In this document: piece by piece, positions 1 to 9,125 of the stretch
How positions within the stretch are numbered: the first letter of the stretch is position 1
Layout: each line of letters begins with the position of its first letter
Assembly: GCA_051003195.1 (NCBI GenBank)
Contig: JBPCLP010000005.1
Location: 1-64,000 of the forward strand
Reading direction: 5' to 3'
DNA length: 64,000 nucleotides
DNA from: Candidatus Sumerlaeaceae bacterium
Lineage (GTDB): Bacteria > Sumerlaeota > Sumerlaeia > Sumerlaeales > Sumerlaeaceae
Made by a program: the position numbers and the translations under genes
The notes under the pieces: model-generated
The model's input: only the letters and a program-made list of their open reading frames with translations
Database searches by the model: none
Told to the model about the DNA's origin: nothing

Positions 1-124
1 CGACCTCTACATCGACGCCATCAACAACCGGCCTCGCAAGTGCCTGAACTGGCGAACTCCCGCAGAAGTATTTAGCTCATCATGAAGCCCCCCGCGCCCG
101 TTGCACTTCGGTTGGCAATCCGCC
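1..124 (+). mobile_element. 3' end of an IS30-family insertion sequence (transposase C-terminus plus right terminal inverted repeat)
   Basis: Frame 2 from nt 2 reads DLYIDAINNRPRKCLNWRTPAEVFSSS* (stop 83-85), matching the NxRPRKxLxWxTPxE C-terminal motif of IS30 transposases. It is followed by gttgcacttcggttggcaatccgcc (100-124), which resembles an IS30-type terminal repeat. Confidence 0.85.
2..85 (+). CDS. IS30-family transposase, C-terminal fragment (cut by the window edge)
   Basis: NNRPRKCLNWRTPAEVF motif; too short to appear in the ORF track. Confidence 0.85.
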   Translation, partial: DLYIDAINNRPRKCLNWRTPAEVFSSS

Positions 125-490
125 TCATTTCTTCTTAGCTGCTGGCTTGGGAATAGCGGTCTTTCAAGTCTATAATTCCGCACTTGAATGTTATCTCCTT
201 CATAATCAGCCCTGCGCGTATACTTGAAAAACGAATTTGACCACTTGAAAAACCAAGCCAGTCGGACGATCCCCGCCCGAAACTCGCAAAGTTGCGGGCT
301 GTCGTTCGCAGCCGTCGCATCCCGGTAGCGGTTTAAGTTCATTGAAATACGTACATCCCAGCTTGGATTGACCCTGCTGTCCCGAATCGCGTATTGAATG
401 GTTTGGAGCGCCCGCAATAGCAAAGCTGGCTGTACGCTCGTTGGTTGCCGATTACCTGACATAAGAAATCCCAAAGCTAGACTCCATTTA

Positions 491-2503
491 ATGATCCGTT
501 TCATCGACATAACGCACTACGCCGGCGAGAAGGAACTCTACGCGGGACTGAACTGGCACGTAAAGCCCGGCGACCGGGTGGGTCTCGTTGGTGACAACGG
601 CACCGGTAAAACCACATTGCTGCGCATGGCCGCGGGTGAAACCGAGCCGACCAAGGGTACAATTCAGTTACGCAAAAGCGCGCGCATCGGCTTCCTTAAG
701 CAGGAGATCCACGCCGCGATGGGTGACGAAACCGTGCTGCAGGAAGCGATGAAAGCGTACGAGCGTGAGAAAGCGGCCGAGACCGAGCTGCACGCCTTGT
801 ACGATGCGCTGGCAACAACCCCTGAGGCTGAGCACGAGGAGCTTTACGAGCGCATCCACCTGCTGGAGAAGCACGTACATCATCACGATTTTGGAAGCGC
901 TGAATCCGACGCGCGCAAGATTCTCGCTGGGCTGGGTTTTGCCCTCGAGCAACAGGATCAGCCATTGTCAGGCTTTAGCGGCGGATGGCAGATGCGCGCG
1001 CACATCGCGCGCCTGCTGCTCGAAGAACCCGATCTCCTCATGCTCGATGAGCCGACCAACCATCTCGACCTGGAGAGTATCGGCTGGCTGGAGCAGTTTC
1101 TTACGAGCTTTGCCGGCGCACTGATCGTCGTCAGCCACGACCGCTACTTCCTCGACACGATCACGACGCGCACCGCGTGGATCCACCAGCGCAAGCTCGA
1201 TACCTACGCCACCAACTACTCCGGCTTTCTGAAGGAACGCGACGAATCGGAAGAACTGCTGCTGCGCCGCTACCAGAACCAGCAGGAGGAACTGGCGCAC
1301 CACGAGCGGTTTATCGAGCGGTTCCGTGCCAAGGCCTCCAAGGCGACTTCCGTTCAGAGCCGGGTCAAGATGGTAGATAAGATCGAGCGCATTGAGTTGC
1401 CGGAAAGCGCTAAGAAGGTGCGGCTAAGAATTCCCGAACCCGCTCCTGCGGCCCGCCACATTCTCGAGCTCCGCGATATCGGCAAAGCCTATGGCTCGAA
1501 TCGAGTCTTTACGAAAGTTAACCTGCGCTTTGAACTCGGGGACAAGGTCTCCCTGGTTGGACGCAACGGCGCCGGCAAATCCACATTGTTAAAAATATGC
1601 GCCGGCGTGCTGGATTACGAAGGCACCGTCGAGAAACACTCCAAGGCGCAGATCTCGTATTTTTCGCAGCATCGTGTCGATGAGATGAACATGGAAAATG
1701 ACGTGTTGACGGAGGCGCGCGTGCCGGGCGTCGGGATGACCGATGAACAGATTCGCACGTTGCTCGGGTGTTTCCTTTTCACAGGCGACGACGTCTATAA
1801 GCCCGTGCGCGTGCTCAGCGGAGGAGAGAAAAGCCGGCTCGCACTGGCGCGCATGATGATGCGGCGCGGCAATATTCTTCTGCTCGATGAACCGACGAAT
1901 CACCTGGATATCAACACACGCGAAGTCCTGCAAAACGCGCTGCGTGAATTTCCAGGGCTTATCATCATGATCAGCCACGACCGTTACTTCATTGATTCCG
2001 TTGCAACCCGTATTGTAGAAGTCGGCGGCGGTACCGCAATCAACCATCCTGGAAATTATACGGAGTTCCTTGCAAAAAAGGGCAGCGACGAAGCGGCCGA
2101 GGCCAACCTGCGCGGGCGCGCAAAAAGCGAGGGGTCGTCCCGCGCGCCCAAGCCGCCACCTGCGTTCGATCCAAGTGGTGCGCTTGCGGCGATTCAGATG
2201 GCTAACCGCGATCGCACCGAGACAAAACGCAACCAGGGCGACGAACGCCGGGAGCGGGCGCAGAAACGCAACGAGTTGAATGCGCGCATTCGGACGTTGC
2301 AGGCACAGATCGAAAAACACGAGACCCGGCTTGCGGAAATTCACGCACTACAGGCGGATCCGGATGCATTCACGAAAGGTATACTGACGCCGTCGATTCT
2401 CAAGGAAGCGAAGAGCCTCGAGTCCATGCTGCCCAAAGCCATCAAGGAATGGGAAGAACTGGTGGAGGAAGCCGAGCAGCTTTCCACGGCAACTGCCAGG
2501 TGA
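491..2503 (+). CDS. ABC-F family ATP-binding protein (Uup/YheS-like)
   Basis: Two ABC domains (GDNGTGKT, FSGGW, LLMLDEPTNHLD; GRNGAGKS, LSGGE, LLLDEPTNHLD), inter-domain linker, C-terminal coiled coil, no TM segments. Start placed at ATG 491 (MIRFIDI). Confidence 0.93.
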   Translation: MIRFIDITHYAGEKELYAGLNWHVKPGDRVGLVGDNGTGKTTLLRMAAGETEPTKGTIQLRKSARIGFLKQEIHAAMGDETVLQEAMKAYEREKAAETELHALYDALATTPEAEHEELYERIHLLEKHVHHHDFGSAESDARKILAGLGFALEQQDQPLSGFSGGWQMRAHIARLLLEEPDLLMLDEPTNHLDLESIGWLEQFLTSFAGALIVVSHDRYFLDTITTRTAWIHQRKLDTYATNYSGFLKERDESEELLLRRYQNQQEELAHHERFIERFRAKASKATSVQSRVKMVDKIERIELPESAKKVRLRIPEPAPAARHILELRDIGKAYGSNRVFTKVNLRFELGDKVSLVGRNGAGKSTLLKICAGVLDYEGTVEKHSKAQISYFSQHRVDEMNMENDVLTEARVPGVGMTDEQIRTLLGCFLFTGDDVYKPVRVLSGGEKSRLALARMMMRRGNILLLDEPTNHLDINTREVLQNALREFPGLIIMISHDRYFIDSVATRIVEVGGGTAINHPGNYTEFLAKKGSDEAAEANLRGRAKSEGSSRAPKPPPAFDPSGALAAIQMANRDRTETKRNQGDERRERAQKRNELNARIRTLQAQIEKHETRLAEIHALQADPDAFTKGILTPSILKEAKSLESMLPKAIKEWEELVEEAEQLSTATAR

Positions 2504-2597
2504 GTTACTCCCGTACCGCTTCACAAAAATAAATTGTACTTACTGTCGCGGTTCGCTCCCCTGTTCCCTCATAGCTTGTGCGACAAAAAGGCGGAAA

Positions 2598-3347
2598 ATG
2601 AAACCAGTCATCGGCATTAATACAAACCTGCTGCCCGGCGGGCCGGGCGAGTTCTCCAGCCTCGCTGTGCGCACAAGTTACGTCGATTCCGTACACGCAG
2701 CGGGCGGCGTTCCGATACTGCTGCCATCGGTGCTCGATCAGTCCATCGTTCGCGAACAGATCAGCGTATGCGATGGCTTTGTATTTGTAGGTGGTCCGGA
2801 CATTGACCCAACCCGTTACGGCGCCACGAGCATCAATCCCACAGTATCCAAACTGCCCGCGCGTCGCGAGACGTACGACTTTATGCTCATTGAGCAGGTG
2901 ATGCGCAGTCGCAAGCCGTTCCTCGCGGTGTGCCTGGGATGCCAGCAGATCAACGTCGCACTGGGCGGCACTCTTATCCAGGACATTGCTTCAGAAAAAG
3001 ATACTTCCGTTCCCCATTCCTCAAAACTGTCGCCGCATTACGTGCGACAGGATGTCATTGTGGAACCGAAGACGCGGCTGGCGGAAATGGTCGGTGCGGG
3101 CACCCTGTCCGCCAATAGCGCACATCACCAGGCCATTGATCAACCCGGTAGCGGACTTCGCATCACTTCCCGCTCCCCCGTCGATGGTATTATTGAAAGC
3201 TTCGAGCTCGAAAATTACGGCTTTGGAATTGCAGTCCAGTGGCACCCCGAAGTGCTCGCGCTCGAAGAGGAAGCGCACCTGAAGCTGTTCCTGGGGCTGG
3301 TAAGCGCCGCGCTCGAGCACTCCCAGTCCAGCGCATCCATGGTCTAG
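2598..3347 (+). CDS. Gamma-glutamyl-gamma-aminobutyrate hydrolase family protein (peptidase C26, class I glutamine amidotransferase-like)
   Basis: KPVIGI start, GGPDIDP, AVCLGCQQINVALGGTL nucleophile elbow, NSAHHQAI, AVQWHPE. Confidence 0.92.
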   Translation: MKPVIGINTNLLPGGPGEFSSLAVRTSYVDSVHAAGGVPILLPSVLDQSIVREQISVCDGFVFVGGPDIDPTRYGATSINPTVSKLPARRETYDFMLIEQVMRSRKPFLAVCLGCQQINVALGGTLIQDIASEKDTSVPHSSKLSPHYVRQDVIVEPKTRLAEMVGAGTLSANSAHHQAIDQPGSGLRITSRSPVDGIIESFELENYGFGIAVQWHPEVLALEEEAHLKLFLGLVSAALEHSQSSASMV

Positions 3348-3350
3348 AGC

Positions 3351-6023
3351 TTACAGGGTTTGCAGCGCTTCCAGGAACTCGCGCGCGGATTGAAAACGCG
3401 CGCCCGGAGACTTCTGGACACACTTGATGAAAATCTCGTCGACTGCTGAAGGCAATGTTGCGCGCAATGTCGTGGGTCGCGGCAGGGACGACTGTACCTG
3501 CATGCGGGCAATCTCCAGCGGGTCGGTAATTTTTTTGATTTCGAACGGAGTGCGGCCGGTCAGGAAATAAAACAATGTCAGCCCAAGTGAGTAGAGGTCC
3601 GTCCTGGCGTCCACGCCAGTGTTCTGGATCTGCTCCGGAGCCATGTACTGCGGCGTGCCGATGATCGTTTGCTGCGAGTCCTCCTGGTGAGTCATGCTGG
3701 TGGCGGCGTCGGTTATGATCTTGGCCAGTCCAAAATCCACAACCTTAATGTGCGCACTGCCTGCGCGCTGAATCACATTACCCGGCTTGATGTCCAGGTG
3801 CAGCACCTGCATTGAATGTGCATATTCCAGCGCCTCAGCCAGTTGGGTCAGCGTATGCTTGGCATCGGTCAGCGAAAGAGGGCCCTTCTGCTTGATAAGT
3901 TGCTTCATGTTGTCGCCATTCACATATTCCATGGCCACGTAGTAGAGGTAGTTCATGTGGCCGGAGTCGAAAATGGTGACGATGTTGGGGTGGGACAGAC
4001 GGGCAGCAAGTCGTGCCTCGCGAAGAAAGACTTCTTCACGTCCAGGGCCGGACGACCGCGACAGCGGAAAAGTTTTCAGCGCGACTTCACGCTCGAGATG
4101 GAGGTCCAGCGCCTTGTAGACGATGGCCATGCCGCCGCGCCCCAGCTCTTCCACAATTCTATAACGGCCCTCGTCGCCGAAGCGTGTCTCGGGCGCCTGC
4201 GTAATAGGCCGTCGAAAACGTGATGTATCCGAGGTTTGCGTAGGCGTCTTGGTGCGAACAGTTGGCTGCCCGCTGCCACTGTAGTAGCCCAGGGAGGATT
4301 GATCCGCCGCGCTGGCTGGCCCGACCGAAGCCGCCTGGTAGTATCCCGGCAGAGGGGTCTGGTAGGCCTTCTCCTCCACCATCGTTCGTTGGATTTCAGC
4401 CTCAAGCCGGGGAATGCGATCCGCTACATCGGCAAAGTTCAGGTTAACACCCATGATCTGGTGATAGATGGGCAGCGACTCCGGCAATATCTCGTCTTCA
4501 AGCAAACGCCCATACGCGTAGTAAATCGGGAGCGTCTCTGCGCTTATCGGGATCTGGTCGATTACGCGGCGAAACAGCTCTCTCGCCATGTCGGTCCGTC
4601 CCTGGTAATAAAACGCGGTCGCAAGATAGGCGGTCGCCAGCTTGTAGTCGGCAGAGGCAGGCGCAACTCTTTGCAGATACTCGATGGCTTTTGTGTTGTC
4701 ACCCAACTGCACTGACAGAATTCCGGCTTTTAAATAGGCACCGGCATTCGCATATCCTTCAACGGCCTGGCCAAGATCCCCACAAGCTTCGAAACATTCG
4801 GCGGCATTGCGCCAGTCGTGCGCCTTGTAGTAAGCGCCTGCCGCAGCTTTTGGATCCTTGGCCGCAGAATACATTTCGGCCGCCATCAGGTACCGGCCCA
4901 TCGCATCGTAAACGCGAGCGGCAGCGGAGAAATCCCGGATACGTTTATAAGCATCCACTGCCTGGTTAAACTTGCCGGCTTCTTCGTATTTCAAGCCGGC
5001 TGTCTGCCAGTCGCCCTTGGCCTGTGCGATTCGTGCCAGGAATTCGGCAATCTGCATACGATCGGGCAAATGCGCGATCGACAGAATCGCGCGTTCCGCC
5101 TGGTCGGCACGCAGGTAAAGCTCGGCGGCTTTTTCCCATAGCTGCGCCGATTCGTAAATCTCCGCCGCGCGCACAAAATCGTCGGTCGCCTCCGCCAGTT
5201 CGGCTGCCTCGGATTTCTTTCCATTTCGAACCAGGAGTTCTGAACAGCGACGGAGCATATCGGCATTTTCGCTGCTGCGACGACTGATTTCGGCAGGTTG
5301 GACGCGCTTTATAAGTTCGATGACCTTGTCCGTTGCCCCTGCTTTTTCGTAGCACCGCAGCGCTTCATCATTCTTTTGTACCGTTTCGAAAATTTTGCCC
5401 GCGCGCTCAAAGTCGTGCGCTTTCTCGTAATAGCTTGCCGATTGCGTGAACAGGTTGGCTTCAAAGGCGCGTTCGCCTGCAAGCCGCCAGTTCTTCGCCG
5501 CGCGTTCGCGAAGCCCCTCAGTTGCACAATGCAGAGCCGCCTGCTCGTAGTTCTGCTCTTTCTCGTACAATTCAACAGCGCGATTCACGTCGCCTGCACG
5601 TTGCCATGCCGCAGCGGCGCGGGTTAAAAGCCCGGCGCGTTCGTAGGCAGATGCCGCCTCGGGCCAGCTCTCAAGCGTTTCATAGGTTTCCGCAGCGGCG
5701 GAGTAGTCTCTCTTCTTCTCAAGGCGCCGTGCGGAGCGCTCCAGGTTACCGTGATAACTACCCTTTTCGTAATTAAGCGGCTTTCCACCGGTCGCCACCA
5801 TGATGATGGACTCCACCGTGGCTGCAATCGCGTGGCGGAGGTAATTTGCAATCAGCAGAATCGCCAGGCATATCAGGACGAGCAGCACCTCTGCATAAGG
5901 GCCAATCATCGACGGCAGCATATCGAGGAAAGCCTTGCCGAGGCCCCGATTCAGAAAGACCAGGGCGATAATGGCTGCCCAGAAGACAACGTCGTATATC
6001 TGTCGTGCTAACGAGTTTTTCAT
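3351..6023 (-). CDS. Membrane-anchored Ser/Thr protein kinase with a long TPR/SNAP-like helical repeat region
   Basis: Two N-terminal hydrophobic segments, many AAxxYExA repeats, C-terminal kinase domain (LGRGGMAIVY, VALK, HLDIKPGN, DFGLAK, GTPQYMAPE, DLYSLG). Confidence 0.92.
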   Translation of the reverse strand: MKNSLARQIYDVVFWAAIIALVFLNRGLGKAFLDMLPSMIGPYAEVLLVLICLAILLIANYLRHAIAATVESIIMVATGGKPLNYEKGSYHGNLERSARRLEKKRDYSAAAETYETLESWPEAASAYERAGLLTRAAAAWQRAGDVNRAVELYEKEQNYEQAALHCATEGLRERAAKNWRLAGERAFEANLFTQSASYYEKAHDFERAGKIFETVQKNDEALRCYEKAGATDKVIELIKRVQPAEISRRSSENADMLRRCSELLVRNGKKSEAAELAEATDDFVRAAEIYESAQLWEKAAELYLRADQAERAILSIAHLPDRMQIAEFLARIAQAKGDWQTAGLKYEEAGKFNQAVDAYKRIRDFSAAARVYDAMGRYLMAAEMYSAAKDPKAAAGAYYKAHDWRNAAECFEACGDLGQAVEGYANAGAYLKAGILSVQLGDNTKAIEYLQRVAPASADYKLATAYLATAFYYQGRTDMARELFRRVIDQIPISAETLPIYYAYGRLLEDEILPESLPIYHQIMGVNLNFADVADRIPRLEAEIQRTMVEEKAYQTPLPGYYQAASVGPASAADQSSLGYYSGSGQPTVRTKTPTQTSDTSRFRRPITQAPETRFGDEGRYRIVEELGRGGMAIVYKALDLHLEREVALKTFPLSRSSGPGREEVFLREARLAARLSHPNIVTIFDSGHMNYLYYVAMEYVNGDNMKQLIKQKGPLSLTDAKHTLTQLAEALEYAHSMQVLHLDIKPGNVIQRAGSAHIKVVDFGLAKIITDAATSMTHQEDSQQTIIGTPQYMAPEQIQNTGVDARTDLYSLGLTLFYFLTGRTPFEIKKITDPLEIARMQVQSSLPRPTTLRATLPSAVDEIFIKCVQKSPGARFQSAREFLEALQTL

Positions 6024-6228
6024 GTAAGAGCAGCTACTGAAGCACAGTGAAAGAGGATGCTCTAGAAAATTCGAGCCGATTCTTTCACTTTTTTGAACCC
6101 GGACTCAAATGCCTTATATTTGGGCCTACACAAGTTGCGGCACAATTTAATTGCATTTTTGCTCAGGGTTTTTGAAGTTTTAGCAAAGTCGGTCAAATTG
6201 CTGATAATCCGTACCTGCTGAGGTTAGG

Positions 6229-7617
6229 TTGATGAACCATCCGACAGATGAGATAGAAGAGCTGTATCTGTTATCGAAAGAAGCTGTGGCTTGCGAGGAT
6301 TTCAAGCAAGCTGCGGCATTTCTGCGGCGAGCCATAGAGCTGGCGCCACTGCGTAAAGAGCTGCGTGCCGAACTCGCGCGTGTGCTTGCCTATGAGGAGG
6401 AACAGGTCTCCCTGGATGAGCCCGCGATTTTCGCGAGACGTTCCGTATACGGAGATTCTGGCTGGAGCAGCCCAACGGCTCTTGCACCTGCGGGTACCTC
6501 CACCCGGTCGGCCGTTCGCACGGTCCCCAGTACGGCACTCGCAACTGCCATGCGCGGGCCTGTTGGAACCGCCGCTGTGACTTCCGGAACCCGGCACAGC
6601 GTCGCTGAACGCCCGCGGGTATCCGTACGTACAGAAGGAAATGTGAACCTTCACCTTGATGAGGAGCCGATCTCGTTCTCAGACTCCGAGGACCTGGAGG
6701 CGATGGAGGAAAGCGCGCGATCCGCACTTCATCGCTTACTCGAGGAAGAAGACGAACAAGTGGAACGTGCTCCTGTGAACACGCGCAAGCGCAACCGCCG
6801 TTCCAGGCTGATTCAGGAGCCATCTTCTCTGGAAGATTGGCTGGCGGGCGGTTTTGAGAGAAGCATTCTCCTGCTGAAAAAAACGCACCCCGCGCGATTC
6901 GCATACGGAAGCTGTTATTTCGTCCTGGCAATCTTCGTTGCTGCCGCATGCATTCAGTCGAAGCGTGTTTTTGGAAAACAGTCGGGAATAGTCGCGCGAT
7001 CTGCCAAACATGATAATGTGACCACGAGAGTTCAGCAGTCGTCGATGGCTATGCCGTCGCTGTTCAGTTCTACCGCCGCCCCTGTCGGTCCGACCGAGGA
7101 GGAGGTGCTCGCAAAAGGCCGTGAGTATGTCGCTTCCAGGAAGTTTGACTCCGCAATCGTGGTCCTTGAACCGGCTATGCAGTCCGGAACGAGAACGGCT
7201 TCGCGAGATCTCATCCGTCAGACTCTCGCGCAGGCATACGATGGCAAGGGCACTGCGGAGCTGCAGCAGAGTAATCTCTCTGCGGCGGTGAGACTGTACC
7301 GTCAGGCTGCAAATTTGCTGCCGGCTTCCGGCTTGTATCAACTTCATCTCTCCAACGCACTTTATTATGAAGGCGTTGATTCTTCAGGAGCAGATCGCCT
7401 GGCAAAATTTCATGAGGCGGCTCGGCTTGCGTCGGAAATTGTTCGCACTGAGCCGCAGAACACAAACGCTTACAGCGTCCTGGCACTTTCACAGGAATCG
7501 CTCGGTCGCTTTGCAGAGGCAAGAAGCGCGTGGCAGCGCGTAGTAAACTTGAGTTCAAAAGGATCCGCTGGGCAGAAAAAAGCCCTGGAGCAACTGCAGC
7601 ACCTTAAAGGCGTTTAG
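6229..7617 (+). CDS. TPR-containing membrane protein
   Basis: N-terminal TPR-like helix pair, low-complexity linker, one TM segment (CYFVLAIFVAAAC), C-terminal TPR repeats. Confidence 0.75.
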   Translation: MMNHPTDEIEELYLLSKEAVACEDFKQAAAFLRRAIELAPLRKELRAELARVLAYEEEQVSLDEPAIFARRSVYGDSGWSSPTALAPAGTSTRSAVRTVPSTALATAMRGPVGTAAVTSGTRHSVAERPRVSVRTEGNVNLHLDEEPISFSDSEDLEAMEESARSALHRLLEEEDEQVERAPVNTRKRNRRSRLIQEPSSLEDWLAGGFERSILLLKKTHPARFAYGSCYFVLAIFVAAACIQSKRVFGKQSGIVARSAKHDNVTTRVQQSSMAMPSLFSSTAAPVGPTEEEVLAKGREYVASRKFDSAIVVLEPAMQSGTRTASRDLIRQTLAQAYDGKGTAELQQSNLSAAVRLYRQAANLLPASGLYQLHLSNALYYEGVDSSGADRLAKFHEAARLASEIVRTEPQNTNAYSVLALSQESLGRFAEARSAWQRVVNLSSKGSAGQKKALEQLQHLKGV

Positions 7618-7620
7618 CGA

Positions 7621-8337
7621 ATGCGCAAAACCGCAGCCGGCAACCTGCACAAGCCGACCCCGGTTATTTTAGCGCCTTCGTTACTAAGCGCAGACTTCTC
7701 CAAACTTGGCGCAGAATTGAAAGCGGTACTGCGCGCGGGTTGTTCCTGGATTCACCTCGACATAATGGACAATCATTTTGTGCCCAATCTTACCTTTGGC
7801 CCGCCTGTCGTTGCCTCTCTTCGCAAGGTAAGCAAAAAGGCATATTTCGATGCACATCTGATGGTGGAGGAGCCGCAAAACCTGATCGAGCCCTTCGCCA
7901 GGGCCGGAGTACAGAACCTGACAGTGCATGCAGAAGCATGTGGCGATCGACTTGGGCAGATAATTGAAGATGTCAAGGCGCTGAACATGCACATTGGTGT
8001 GAGTATCAAGCCTGGTACTTCCATAAACGTACTGGAGGACGTGCTGGGACAAATTGATCTCGTACTGGTGATGACCGTCGAACCAGGGTTTGGCGGTCAG
8101 CCTCTGATTCCAAACTGCCTCAATAAAATCCGGACACTCCGAAAACTGCGCGACAAAAACCGCCTAAAGCTTCATATCCAGGCAGACGGCGGAATAAATG
8201 AAGAGACGGCGCAACTGGTTGCTGCCGCTGGCAGCGATGTACTCGTGGCGGGTTCCGCGGTGTTTAAGAATGGCGAAGTGGCAGAAAATGTGGCAAGGCT
8301 GCAGCGCGTGCTTGGCCAGACCACCGTTAGAGCTTGA
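7621..8337 (+). CDS. rpe: Ribulose-phosphate 3-epimerase
   Basis: APSLLSADF, HLDIMDNHFVPNLTFG, DAHLMV, MTVEPGFGGQ, DGGIN, VAGSAVF. Confidence 0.96.
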   Translation: MRKTAAGNLHKPTPVILAPSLLSADFSKLGAELKAVLRAGCSWIHLDIMDNHFVPNLTFGPPVVASLRKVSKKAYFDAHLMVEEPQNLIEPFARAGVQNLTVHAEACGDRLGQIIEDVKALNMHIGVSIKPGTSINVLEDVLGQIDLVLVMTVEPGFGGQPLIPNCLNKIRTLRKLRDKNRLKLHIQADGGINEETAQLVAAAGSDVLVAGSAVFKNGEVAENVARLQRVLGQTTVRA

Positions 8338-8387
8338 TTACAAAAGCCGGCTTGCGCCAGAATAGAACGTCTAGATTAGGATCGACT

Positions 8388-9002
8388 ATGCTGAAGGGTA
8401 ACACTCGCTTCATTCCTCACATCCTGGCACTGCTTTTCTGCTGTTGCTGGTGCGGGAATGCCGTTGCCGCAAAAGAGACGGAAAAGAAGCTCGTAATTCC
8501 CGATTATCCGTGCGCAAAAGACCAATACAATTTTGCGCTCATGTACGAAAAAGCGCAGTTTATGTCCACGGTACCCGAACAGCGGCGCCAACAAATGATC
8601 AAAATCGCGCAATGCTACCAGCGCGTCATCGACAGTTTCCCTCAGGATCTGGAATTCACTTCCAGGGCACTTCTGCAAATTGGGGACTGCCACGCAAAGA
8701 TATCCGAGCCCTATCAAGCGATCCGCTACTATGAGGTAGTGCTAAACAGCGCATCCGAGGACGAATACCTTCAGGCGAGAGCGCTGTTTTCGGTGGCTCA
8801 GATGCACGACGCAAAGAAGGAATATGAAGCGGCAAAACACGTTTATAAGGAAGTGATGGACCGTTATGGCACAAGTGGCAACGCAGCGGTGCGTGATCTA
8901 ACTAAGCGGGCTTCCATGCTTTATTTCCAGGTCCGCGAACAACCCACCACCAAATCGAAGTGGAGCTTACGTAAACTATTTGGCGGCAATAAGAGCTCGT
9001 AG
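8388..9002 (+). CDS. Exported TPR protein (CpoB/BamD-like repeats)
   Basis: Signal peptide ending AVA-A; TPR-like units (YQRVIDSFP, ALLQIGDC, YKEVMDRY). Start chosen at ATG 8388 after AGGA. Confidence 0.7.
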   Translation: MLKGNTRFIPHILALLFCCCWCGNAVAAKETEKKLVIPDYPCAKDQYNFALMYEKAQFMSTVPEQRRQQMIKIAQCYQRVIDSFPQDLEFTSRALLQIGDCHAKISEPYQAIRYYEVVLNSASEDEYLQARALFSVAQMHDAKKEYEAAKHVYKEVMDRYGTSGNAAVRDLTKRASMLYFQVREQPTTKSKWSLRKLFGGNKSS

Positions 9003-9125
9003 TGCGGTCTATCGTTAATTCGTAATCAGTTCTGTGTGCCGAATTGAGGTCAAGTCTCCCCTGGTCTGGTAAGGAAGTAATGATTCGGCACACTGGCGCT
9101 AATGTGCACGCGCGTATTGAACGTG

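Noticed and set aside
9034..9093. SRP (4.5S) RNA call
   Set aside because: Only a loose resemblance to the domain IV motif, and the hairpin is too short; kept only as a low-interest finding.
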